Of a stretch of DNA of 64,000 nucleotides, positions 1 through 13,001 are shown piece after piece. The number at the start of each line of letters is the position of its first letter. Position 1 is the first letter of the stretch. The position numbers and the translations under genes were made by a program. The stretch covers positions 62,001 to 126,000 of the forward strand of contig JAQGDQ010000504.1 of NCBI GenBank assembly GCA_030141605.1. Direction: 5' to 3'. Source of the stretch: Tubiluchus corallicola (Eukaryota; Animalia; Priapulida). The notes below the pieces were generated by a model that did not search any database, had not been told where the DNA came from, and was given only the letters and a program-made list of their open reading frames with translations.

Positions 1-156
1 GAGAAGGTGCCCTAAACTCTGCCAAAATTCTATACTGATGATTGCATACCAAAATTGCCCAAAATCTAGAAGCTTTGTGGATGCTTTTCTAGATATTTGG
101 CAAAGATTTGGAACTGTCATACACAAAAAAGGATTACACAGGTTTCAAAATTCTTT

Positions 157-575
<419 letters not shown>

Positions 576-1806
576 ATACTTATGTACAATAACACAATTG
601 TTCACAAAAGTTAGTCAGTAAATAACAATACAAGTTTAAAGAAGCAATGTTTAATCATTATGCATTGATCATCATGTAAATTCATTAAAAATATTCAATA
701 AATTATTAATTATAATGTCAGTTACATACAAATACATAATACACCAAAAATGTGTGCATAACACAATATCATTATGAAATTAATAGTCATAATAATATAG
801 ACCTATAAATTTGCTTATATTATGATCATCTTTATATAAAAGCTCCCTCTAACGAGATTTTTATGGCAACCAAGTGCTAGATTAATTACACTAAAGAGAA
901 ATTGGCTTTTTTTCATGAAAATTGTGAGTTGTTTCGATAGCTTGTATTGTATTTCAGACAAGTGAACATGTTACAGTTTCTGCTTCATCTAGGTTGCAGG
1001 ATTTCCCAATAAAACAAGATATTAAATGATCACAGTATTTAATTATTATTGTATTTACAAAGTGTTAACTGCAAAATAACTGATCTCACAGAAAAATGGC
1101 GAAGTCATTTATCAGATCATCAAATATCAGAACATTTCTCAAACAGGATAAATAAAATTTAGTAAAACGTTATAAAATTAATAAAATATTTAAAAATTAT
1201 GGTTACTAAATTGCTTTAAAACCTAGAGCTGCAGGGTATCGAAGCTGGAACAGAGCACCAAAAACCCGAACGCAAAAAATGCGCGTTCTTGCACGTAGTT
1301 TAAGTCATGCGCTGCGCCGCTCACAACAGAAATTCGACCAGGCGACTTTGGAGGCTGGTCAGTTGAATTTAGTTCAGGCCTCGAGTAGCTGGTCAGTTGA
1401 ATTTAGTTCAGGTCTCGAGTCTGGGTTTTAATTAAACCTCTAGGTCTACGTCACGGTGACATCACGCTTGTTATTCTTAGCTGTGTTCACAAGTTTGATC
1501 ATTTGCTTGTTTACTTACGGTGCAATTTTTTAGCCAAGTCAGATTCGATACTGAAATTAAACGGGGTTCAGCTGGTGGAACGTTTCAGTGGTGCGAAGAA
1601 CAAAGGTATGTTATTGTTTATGTTTAGAGGAACATCAACTTCATTACATGCATGTGTGGTCACATGTTTAACAACAGCAGTAGCAGCAATAACAAAGTTA
1701 GCAATGCAGAGTCGTTCAGGCTGCAGTTTTTTTTCTAATTTAAGGCTGTTTCCCGCTTTTCGTTTCCAGGATTATCTTTCTTTTGTTTATTTTTCACTTT
1801 CTGTCT

Positions 1807-2463
<657 letters not shown>

Positions 2464-2516
2464 ATTATTACTATAACTAGTATTATTAATGTTTTTGTTG
2501 TTGTTGTTGTTGTTAA

Positions 2517-3393
2517 AGCAAAATAGCACGGTTTTTCATATTCAACCCCATTTTGAAGGCCAATAAAAAGTATTCTAACACAATTAATGTTGCAAAAGCG
2601 GTTTTGATTCTTAAATAATAGATTAAAAACTTAATTAACGGCGGGGGAGCCTAAGTACGAAGTGATGACGTCACAAACCAACCTAATTTTTAACGGCATA
2701 AACTTTTGATGAGCGCATTGCACGTGGTTGCAAAAACAAGGATGAAATACAGTATTATATACAAAAACTCAGCAAAATTTTAAGATAAAAATAGAAATTT
2801 TAATTTATCGTTGTGCTCACGCATGAGCTGCCGAACGTGTGAAATTCGTCAGAAACTAACATATCTGAACGGAGAGGTACAGCACTTACTTTTCGTGCAA
2901 TGCTTTTCCAAAATGCAGGCACTAGTGCCCGTCTAACTAGCAAATGGCAAAATACACGGAACAGTGAAAAATTAGTACATCACAAACTAACATAATTTTT
3001 AACAGCAAAAATATTCTACTGTGAAAGAGAAAATTGAAGTTCAGGGCTACTGTAAGAAATTCAGTTTGTTGTACTAAAACTAGGTAAGTTTTAAAATAAA
3101 ATTCAAATTCACCGTTGTGTTTACGCATGAGCTGTTGAACGTGTGTAGTTTTTGTCACAAACTAACACATCTGAGGTACAGCACCTGTTTCTCGTGCAAT
3201 GCGTTTCCGAAATGCAGGCGCTAGTGCCCGTCTAAATAGCGAATGGCAAAATGCACGGAACAGTGAAGAACTAGTGGCACGAACGTGTTTGTGTGGTAAC
3301 AATTCATTCACGTAAGTCATAACAATATGTTTTTCAATATATTAAAGAGTAGATTGTTTTGACCTACAATTTGAGAATGAATCTGGTTTTTCC
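2517..3393 (+). mobile_element. TTAA-flanked non-autonomous DNA transposon, family K1 (Kolobok-like), with a ~310-bp internal tandem duplication
   Basis: TTAA at 2513-2516 and 3394-3397; ends AGCAAAA... and ...GGTTTTTCC. Homologous copies at 6148-6729(-), ~13157(-), ~19172(-), 22585-23100(+) and 58993-59574(+). A TTAA target with RR..YY termini fits Kolobok (inference). Confidence 0.7.
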
Positions 3394-4448
3394 TTAAGGA
3401 ATTGAGAAACCAGGATCGCCAGGGGTCATTTTATTCTCTTCACAATGACCGTTCAGATGATAAGTTTAGCACACAGAGTGATCAAACAATTTGACCAGTG
3501 ATTCGCTAACATTCAATTCAGTTTTGACCCCTTTGAACGAATCACTTCACTTCTCTGATTGCTCTCCTGGGTGGATTAACCATTAGGCTAATAAGGCTAC
3601 AGCCTCAGGTCCTAAATTTTACAGGCTCTCGGTGTCCTGAAACCGATGACCAATTGAAGCCATTCAGTATACTGGATTTGTTTTACTGTTGTCACTTAAA
3701 CTTAGAAAAATATAACAAAGAAATTTGCGAGCAACTGCCTATAGAAAGCATAAATTTGAAATATACTTCCTCTGCACGGAAATGGTTCAGGAGTGATGGT
3801 TGCCGCCATTCATTTCAAAATTATGACGTAACTGGGAGACTTCGTGACTTTTCGTAAGGGCGTCGTGGCTTTCCGTAGGCGTGAGCTGTTTAAACTAATT
3901 CAAGCTTCTGTTGCTTACCTAATGCCCACGCAAAAATATTGCAAAATACTGTCTAATTTTTTTGTAAAAACTGATTATACGTTTGGTGAAGATTGACAGT
4001 GCACTACTTTTCTTCAAGACGAATGACGTCATTAGAACAATGGAAGCACCCAAGCATAAAGTGATTGTGACTTTAAAGTGATTTTACTAATTAGACGAGA
4101 CGCTTATTGCGGTTTTATTACGAAATCCTTCTTATATTTTTCGCAACTGTGAAATAACTTTAACCTCCTAGACGGCGTGGCCCTTAAAACAAGATATTGT
4201 TCTTTTGTAAACAGGATAACAAAATTTTAAAAACTGAAATATCCGAAATTCATTGCTAAAGCCAAGTATATTAATTTCAGCAGTTCATTATATCGAATAT
4301 AATTATACAGGGGCGTCCAAAAAAATATTCCCCAAATTTACTTCTAATCCTTCATTCTGATAGAGGTGAAGAGACCCACATTGTCTTGTAGTCCCTATTC
4401 GTTGTTATATTCTTTTCAAAAACCTATAAATTTTCTTTCCTGTGCTTC

Positions 4449-4630
4449 GCGATGTAGCAGAGACGGATCTGGTCAGTAAAAGACCCGGGTTCGATACCAG
4501 CTCTGAAAGGTCTAGTTTAACATACTCGTCCTGATTTTTTTATATTGCTGAGTCTGAGAGAAGAATGTATACCTAGTATTCGCATCCGAATGTGACTGAG
4601 ACATCTCTGCTGGTTCAATGCCTCCTTTTT
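4449..4630 (+). mobile_element. SINE with tRNA-like head
   Basis: A-box-like TAGCAGAGACGG and B-box GGTTCGATACC (~4488-4498); body GACATCTCTGCTGGTTCAATGCCTC shared with the elements at 25830-26060 and 28782-29020. Confidence 0.5.
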
Positions 4631-4690
4631 CACGAACTACCAGGCTTTACTGTATTAAGTGAATCATATGTCCACGCTAAAATAGAAGGC

Positions 4691-5338
4691 TTTGACAATT
4701 TTTGGCTACTTTTAGTGTGAGTATGTTGACAGTTTTTTTCTACTTTCAGTGTGAGTATGTTGACAGTTTTGGCTACTTTTTGTGTGAGTATGTTGACAGT
4801 TTTTGGCTACTTCCAGTGTGAGCATGTTCACAGTTTTTGGCTACTTTTTGTGTGAGTATGTTAACAGTTTTTGGCTACTTCCAGTGTGAGCATGTTCACA
4901 GTTTTTGGCTACTTTTTGTGTGAGTATGTTAACAGTTTTTGGCTACTTCCAGTGTGACTATATTGACAGTTTTTGGCTACTTGTTGTGTGAGTATGTTGA
5001 AAGTTTTTGGCTACTTTTTGTGTGAGTATGTTAACAGTTTTTGGCTACTTTCAGTGTGACTATATTGACAGTTTTTGGCTACTTTCAGTGTGAGCATGTT
5101 CACAGTTTTTGGCTACTTTTAGTGTGAGTATGTTAACAGTTTTTGGCTACTTTCAGTGTAACTATATTGACAGTTTTTGGCTACTTTCAGTGTGAGCATA
5201 TTCACAGTTTTTGGCTGCTTTCAGTGTGAGTATGTTGACAATTTTGGCTACTTTCAGTGTGAGTATGTTAACAGTTTTTGGCTACTTTCAGTGTGAGTAT
5301 GTTGACAGTTTTGGCTACTTTCAGTGCTATTATGTTGA
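4691..5338. repeat. 33-34-bp minisatellite, ~19 copies (GGCTACTTTCAGTGTGAGTATGTTGACAGTTTT)
   Basis: Directly visible head-to-tail array. Confidence 0.95.
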
Positions 5339-5850
5339 CGGCTATTATGTGCCAAAGGCCACATGCATCAGAAATGCCTTGCAAGACTACGAAACGAATT
5401 ACAGAGATTGATCGTCTGCTTGTGCAGTTCTGAATGGAGGGCTTCTTTCATGACAAATTAACATCATTTATCAACAATGTGCCGACGACATAATAATTAT
5501 ATCGCTCTTATTAATTGATCATAATTTTTATTCACGATGAACGAAGAGTGTTGCCTTGTAATTGGTGTCTTTATCCAGGAGTTTTATTAATGACTTTCAA
5601 ACACAATGTTGCTGCATTGAATGCTTAGAGTAATTTAGCAACATTCCTGAGCATAGCGAGAGAACTTATTATATTTTGTAGCTAATAAAGCTACTACAGC
5701 GTTAAAAATAGATATTGTACTGCAGGGCTGTGATGAGATAGTGTAGTACTGGCAGGGGAATACAGTAGACTTCTCAGGTGTGCGTGTGAACGTGGCTTTA
5801 TCTAGCACGTAGATTCTTATTCTGACCTTGTGTTAGTAGGAGCCACTAGT

Positions 5851-5963
5851 CACGTGCACACCTGAGCTTATAAAAAGGGTAGGTCTGCTGTAGATCCTTG
5901 TCAGTGGTCGTCTCATCCCAGCTCTGTTCACATTTCAGGCTTTGCTCTATTCTATTCTGTTCG
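5851..5963 (+). promoter_or_regulatory. Putative core promoter and non-coding first exon of the neuropeptide-like gene
   Basis: E-box CACGTG 5851-5856, TATAAAAAG 5869-5877, Inr-like TCAGT 5901-5905, donor CG|GTAAGC at 5963/5964; the coding exon acceptor is at 7353/7354. Confidence 0.5.
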
Positions 5964-6147
5964 GTAAGCTATTTGTAATGTTTTGTAATAAATTGTCATT
6001 TTGATTTTATTATTCATTTTGGTTTTGGTTTGGCATTGACTTACTTGAGACATGTCGCAAGGTGTGGGCCGCGGTGTCATCCGTCCTGCCTCCATTAAAA
6101 GTGGAGAGCAGTTCAATATGATAGAAGCCACGTGAGATAGTTATCAA

Positions 6148-6729
6148 AGAAAACCGGACCCAATCTTAAACTGTAGATCAAAACAATCTAATCTCTAAAA
6201 TATTGAAAGGAAACATGCTATTTTTTCAAATATGACTTACGTGAAAGAATTATTACCACACAAACACAATTTCGCGTTCGCACCACTAATTTTTCACTGT
6301 TCCGTGCATTTTGCCATTTGCTAGTTAGACGGGCACCAGTGCCTGCATTTCGGAAACGCATTGCACGAGAAACAGGTGCTGTACCTCAGATGTGTTAGTT
6401 TGTGACAAAAACTACACACGTTCAACAGCTCATGCGTAAAAACAACAGTGAATTTGAATTTTATTTTAAGACTTGCCTAGTTTTAGTACAACAAACTGAA
6501 TTTCTTACAGTAGCCCTGAACTTCAATTTTCTCTTTCACAGTAGAATATTTTTGCTGTTGAAAATTATGTTAGTTTGTGATGTCAATAGTCGGGCTCACC
6601 TCTCATAATTAATTTCTTAATCTATTTTTAATTATCAGAAACGCTTTTGGAGTATTAATTGTGTTAAAATCTGAACTTTTTGCAGTACTTGAAAATCGAG
6701 TAGTATATGAAAAATCGTCCTGTCTTCCT
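6148..6729 (-). mobile_element. Family K1 TTAA element, inverted relative to 2517-3393
   Basis: Reverse-complement match to 2517-3393 (the spurious ORFs 2937..3158 and 6402..6608 are near-identical); TTAA at 6730-6733. Confidence 0.75.
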
Positions 6730-7355
6730 TTAAAAGTTGTAACCATTCAGGAGTAATGCTAACTGATTAAGAAAGCTACGTTCAAAGGCAAAGGATTCAG
6801 GAGAAAATTGGTCTGTTATGAGGAGAGGCTGGTGATTGCTCTGAGGAATCCAAACTTGTTTCATAGAGCTGTGAAAATTATTAAGCCACAATAAGCCTTT
6901 AACAGTCTCGTTGTGCGCACGCGCAGTTGCTGTAGATCAAAAGTTAAGTGTACCACAGCAACGCGTCTTAGCTACAACCATCACGTGACGTGTGAGTAAA
7001 GCAAAACCATCTGCCGTATCTGTTCAGTAAGTTCAGTTGTTTTACTTAATGGACTTTACTTAATTATGCGTTAGTCTGTGCGTAGATTTACTAGCAGGAT
7101 CTTGCTTGGGAACAAGAAAAAATAAACTAGAAGTTCTAGCTAGATGTTAAACTGTTACTATTACAATAGCATGAGGCGTTGTCAAGTGTATGCAAGTGCA
7201 CTGTCTGGTACACTTAACCTTTGACCTTTTGACGATCATCATCAATCGGTGCCACTGTGAAAAGGCTTATTGTAAAATCATGTGTTTGAGAAGATGAATA
7301 AAAGTGTGTATGTCTGTCTGTCTGTCATGAAAAATTATTTTAATTTTTTTCAGGT

Positions 7356-7643
7356 ATGGATCACCACCAGATCACTAATCAGACGAATTTTCTTCCTCCT
7401 TTCATTTGCTTCACGTTTGCATTCTTCTTCATCATCGAACTTGCGAGAGTGAAGTCTCTCACGACGCAACCATTGTTACGCATGATGATCAAACACAAGC
7501 CACCGAGAAGTCACGTTGGCCGCATAGATAAGCTGCATGGCTCCCTGTTTGGTAAACGAGATGCCTCCACTCCTGATCAGCGTAGATTCTCTGCTGCCTC
7601 GTCGAATAAGCCATGGTTGATGAAAACTATTTTAGAAGAATAG
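7356..7643 (+). CDS. Secreted neuropeptide-like precursor (95 aa) yielding a predicted ...HGSLF-amide; SIFamide-like
   Basis: Acceptor TTTTTTTCAG|GT directly before the ATG; hydrophobic signal-like stretch FICFTFAFFFII; Gly-Lys-Arg amidation/cleavage site at 7551-7559; second dibasic RR downstream; AATAAA at 7695-7700. Confidence 0.7.
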   Translation: MDHHQITNQTNFLPPFICFTFAFFFIIELARVKSLTTQPLLRMMIKHKPPRSHVGRIDKLHGSLFGKRDASTPDQRRFSAASSNKPWLMKTILEE

Positions 7644-7884
7644 AAGACACAGCTGTAAACAATGACAATATGTATATCATAATCTGGAAAAATTAATAAA
7701 GAGGAGCTTGTTATGAAAAACATTTGTTATCTGTATCTAATTTTGCTTGTTATGGTGGACTATGCAACGTTTTGGCTTTCTTTTTGCCCAGAACTGGAAT
7801 TTAGTAATAAAAACCTAAAACAAAAACAGATACATACATATTAATGGCCGTAGAGCTGCCTACACACAAATTAAACGATTTTTA

Positions 7885-8285
7885 TTATCGATTTTGATTT
7901 TAATTATGTAATTTACACCTGCATTACTTACTGACTACTGAGTATACAATTTGATCTATCTTTCGCTATCTATTATTAAAGTTATGTAACTTGCAACTGT
8001 GTACCTACTGATTACTAACTATCAATTTCATTATTAAGTTTATGTAACTTACACCTGTGGACCTACAGATTACTGAGTATCCAATTTGAACCATTTTTCA
8101 CTATTTATTATTAAGTTTATGTAACTTACACCTGTGTACCTAATGATTACTAAGCATACAATTTGAACTATTTTTCACTATTTATTATTAAGTTTATGTA
8201 ACTTACACCTGTGGACCCACAGATTACTCAGTATCCAATTTGAACTGTTTTTCACTATCTAGTACCAAAGTTATGTAACTTACAA
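7885..8285. repeat. 77-bp tandem repeat, ~5 copies
   Basis: TTATTAAGTTTATGTAACTTACACCTGTG recurs at 8031, 8108 and 8185; a single unit is present at the paralogous position ~15310-15390. Confidence 0.85.
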
Positions 8286-9271
8286 ACTCAGTAAGAAAAA
8301 CTCTTGAACAAACCTTTGCATTTTTATTTTTTAAATTCGTTTTTCTCAGTACTAAACCATTTCTCAAAGTAATGAAAAGTTCATGTGTACGAGTTGATGA
8401 ACTTTTTAAAATAGAAAAGTTTAAAACAGCGGAAAATAGGTTCTGTAATATACAGAAGGAAAAAATTCTGCAGGCAACACATTTTTTTCAGAAGTAAATC
8501 CATTAAAGTTTATCTCTGATTTTATTGAATTATTATTGAATTTTCAGAAGTTTATCTCCATTGATAACAGCTAGATTGGACATGACTGTACATGTAAAAA
8601 CATCTTGTATTTTTGTCACACGATGGCATTGGACAATGAAATGCGACCAAATTTGAAGTAAAACTAAACCCTCACTACTATATGAGCTTTTGCAACTTAA
8701 AATCCTACTCTCATTACGTAGATTCAATTTATTTTATTAAAAACTTACTGTAAAACTTGCTTCTTTTGATTTTTAACACTTCGTTGCCAGTGGTATTAAA
8801 TTTGAAGAAGCAGCATTTTTCACTGCACGAAACGAGTACAGTCACGAGGTCACCAAACAGGTGTAATCAAACACCGGAAACCAAAGACACTCTCTGCACT
8901 TCGTACGTCATTCTCGCTCACTTTCAAACATGCTGCATTTTTGTACAAAACATTAAACAAAATATACAATCTGCTGAAAATTGTCAGCTAAAGCTTATTG
9001 TTTTAATGTTTTTTAATCTGTAAATATGTGAAAAATCAAATGGACGAAAAAGCAAATCTAAATGTTCTAACGTTATTTAATATACAAATATGTGGAAAAA
9101 TTAAATGGACGATAAGACAAATCTAAATGTTTTAACATTCTTTAATATGCAAATAAGTAGAAAAATTAAATGGACGATAAAGCAAATCTAAAATCTAATT
9201 AAAATCCCAGTCAATCTAAGTAATTAGTTAATTAAATATAAATAAAATTTCCAAAACTTTAAAACTTTAAA

Positions 9272-11388
9272 TTAGTTTGCAATGGATTTACAAACAAATG
9301 AAAGCTGTAGTTTACATTCTTTTTCATTCCATTTGTAAAAACTTGTACGAAATTCTAAACAGTGTTCTTTCCCGTTGTAGTTGTTAGGATTATTCAATTC
9401 CCAATTGGTGTATATCATTTCATGACCATTAGAAACCCAGATCCAGTGACCTTCTCTGTGTTGATCTGTTCCACCAATCCAGGGATGTTCCATTTCTAAA
9501 AAAAGGTCAAGGTCACCTCATAATTAAACAGAACCAACGATTAGTTGCAGTTTCATTCCTAGAAGAAATTGTGTTTCTTGTAACTCATGTGGGTACCGAG
9601 CATTCACATTACACGTGTTCCAAGCACAACACTTCTCTATTCTCAACTCTCTTTCACTGCTATATAATGAATTTAGTAAGTAAAACAATCGTGAACACAA
9701 ACTTTCCCTGTATATTATTATATGCTTCACATGCATATACTCCTGAAGTTGGTAGTAGGTCCTGACACAAGCAATCAAATGCAGCCTTTCACATTGGCCA
9801 ATGGGAGGTGGATTTTGTATTAAGTTAAAAGGAACTAAAATAAATAACATTTGACTAAAATAGTTTAAATATTTTAAATAGTTTAAATTGTGTGACAGTG
9901 AATCCAATGTGACACTGTGGAGAAATGTGGCACTTTTATTAGTCAAAACTGGGTGTGTTGGCAGAGAACTAAACTGTAGAATTTTTTGAAGAAAGTTGGT
10001 CAATTCAAAACTAAATATACGACTACGCAACGCTAGTCACACTTGTCGTGTCATTTTTGAGTTCTGGTATTAATTGGTATTGAAGCCTCGTCAAGAGTTG
10101 GATTTAAATTATATTTGCAATAAATCCACTGTTTTTTATAATAATAGAAAATTGATCTCTAATGCATTATTTGAATTTAAGCATCATTTTTTTACTGTGT
10201 TTAAATGATACGAATTATCTAAAAAATTTGACTCCATAATTAAAAGCGTTCTGAATTAATATGAATATTTATATTAATAATATTAATTAGCGTTGCCACG
10301 CTATTTGCAAAGATGCTACACATCGTCAAAAAATCTATATGTAAGACCACACACCAAGTGCGCCACACTACACTTATATGAGCCCCTAGGATAAAGAAAT
10401 TATGGGGCCTCCGTCAAACAGAGCCACCAGCTAACTCAATAGCACCTATTTTAAACATTTTTACTCGTGATATGACTTAGCAACATTTACATGGCCTGAA
10501 GAAAACTTACTTCAAATTTTTTGAGTGAGAATAGACTAGAATAATTAATTTTTGTTTTTTGACAAACATATTCTTTAAGAAAAACACTATTTTGCTGTTT
10601 ATTGCAAACCAAATTAGCACATATCTCAACACAACAATAGCGAAAACAATTTTTTTATTCGATGTTATCAAAAATCGAGGATAATCTGGCCTTGCCAATT
10701 ACATAACACAGTAAAATTCGTAAATGGTTTATATAACTTGCTTCGAATGTGTTTAGCTATAAGATAAGGAATGACTGACCAATCACGTAACACAATAAAA
10801 TTTGTAAATGATTTAAATAACTTGCCCGGTCTGGCTTTAATTTGCTCAGCCAAAAAGTTATTTTCTGCAGGGGTCATTACAGCTGCTAAGTCTCCACCAA
10901 GCTTTTTGCACCATATCACAGCTTTCCACCAGTGCAGTTTTGGCGTTGCGAAAAACTGATAGCAATGTCCATTGTAGAACATTCCACCGCTTGGACAAGA
11001 CGTTGCGTTTGTCCTGGACTAGAGTAAAACGAATAATCATTAAAAAACTAACACCAAGAGCTTAAATCTTTGCTTAAGAGGGTGCTGGCTGTTATTTTTG
11101 TTTTAAGCATTATTTTCTTTACGACTGTTCGGTAATATGCATTTTACAAAAAAGCACATAAATAAACACTTTTAAAATAAAGAATTTTTCCTCGGAGACC
11201 TTAAGCAAACTGTTAATAAATAATTGTTTCTTAATTTACTAGCAGTACTAAGTGTTAAAACGAACAATTGTTTGCATTGACATACATGTAGTTACCTCGT
11301 TAGCTTCTCTTTCACTGCCTGCGCTTGAACTTTGAAGAGTCACCAAGAAACACAGTAGTAATAAGTCTATTAATGTAGGCACGTTCAT
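9272..11388 (-). CDS. C-type lectin A, secreted single-CRD (perlucin-like), 169 aa; exons 11388-11296, 11018-10826, 9495-9272
   Basis: Signal peptide MNVPTLIDLLLLCFLVTLQSSSA; CRD motifs CP..CY, WC, WIGG, NW, EHC, WNE, FVC; intron phases 0 and 1 are consistent; intron 2 donor is GC (G|GCAAGT). Confidence 0.88.
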
Positions 11389-11409
11389 TGCGCGTATTGT
11401 AACTATTGT

Positions 11410-12012
11410 GGTGCAGTGTGGTGCTGTGCGGTGTGATGTGGTGGAGTATTATGGTGTGGGTGGTGTGTTGTGGTGTGTGGGTGGTGCGGTGCAGTGGTAT
11501 GGTGTGGTGCAGTGTGGTGTGATGTGGTGGAGTCGTATGGTGTGGGTGGTGTGGTGTGGTGTGTGGGTGGTGCGGTGTGCTGCAGCGGTATGGTGTGGTG
11601 CGGTGTGGTGTGTAGGTGGGTGGGTGGTGTGGTGCAGTGTGGTGTTATGGTGTGGTGCTGTGCGGTGTGGTGTTATGGTGTGGTGCTGTGCGGTGTGATG
11701 TGGTGGAGTGTTATGGTGTGGGTGGTGTGGTGTGTGGGTGGTGCAGTGTGGTGTGATGTGGTGGAGTGGTATGGTGTGGGTGGTGTGGTGTGTAGGTGGT
11801 ATGGTGTGGTGCGGTGTGGTGGAGTGGTATGGTTTGGGTGGTGTGGTGTGGTGTGTAGGTGGGTGGGTGGTGTGGTGTTATGGTGTGGTGCTGTGCGGTG
11901 TGATGTGGTGGAGTGGTATGGTGTGGTGCCGTGTGGTGTGATGAGGTAGAGTGGTGTGGTGTGTGTTTTGTGTTGATTTGTGCACAAAATTCTTTTTGTG
12001 GGGTTTGGCTAG
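11410..12012 (+). mobile_element. 5'-truncated 3' fragment of the Helitron-like element (GTG-rich), flanked by a 48-bp direct duplication
   Basis: Ends GATTTGTGCACAAAATTCTTTTTGTGGGGTTTGGCTAG, identical to the end at 63314; 11362-11409 equals 12013-12060; absent from the paralogous site at ~18337-18384. Confidence 0.85.
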
Positions 12013-12613
12013 TAAGTCTATTAATGTAGGCACGTTCATTGCGCGTATTGTAACTATTGTCAAGACGAAGATGAACTACAAAAACAACTTTTGCAAAAGT
12101 ATCTATCGGCAAAAAATAAAAAAAGTAAAGTGAAATTTCAGATTGCAAAAGAATTTGCATAATGTTGACTAAATAGAATTTCTTATTGTGCAAATCTGTT
12201 AAAGTAGATTTGTTAAAGTTGTTAAAATCTTTTTAAGATTAAATTATATGATCAAAACATTCTGAGAAAAATCCAAAATTTTTAGAAATTTTCAGATTTC
12301 TGATCATCACTATCGTCGTTGTTGTTGTTGCCATTATTATCATCACCATCATCATCGTCATCATAATATCTTTCTATTATCATCATTATCGCCATTACTG
12401 AAGCACCTGAATTAAAACTCATTGAAAGACAATCAACAGTATTACGTTTTGAAAATAACGTTTATTTAACTTACTGTTTAAAGTAGCACTCAGTAAACTG
12501 TCTATTGCAAAATTGTAATTATAGCACTGAAAAAACTCTTGCCAAATCTGCACGATTCTAAATTACTCGTCCTACAAGCTCAATTTGTTGCGTTTTCATT
12601 CAGAAGTCTTTGT

Positions 12614-13001
<388 letters not shown>

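Noticed and set aside
2937-6608. Duplicated 68-73-aa ORF MTKTTHVQQLMRK...
   Set aside because: Lies within non-coding K1 MITE copies, starts at GTG, and has no transposase motif.
11408-12193. His/Thr/Pro-rich and Val/Trp/Cys-rich ORFs (also 62441-63456)
   Set aside because: Translations of the GTG-rich Helitron tail; open in several frames only because of low complexity.
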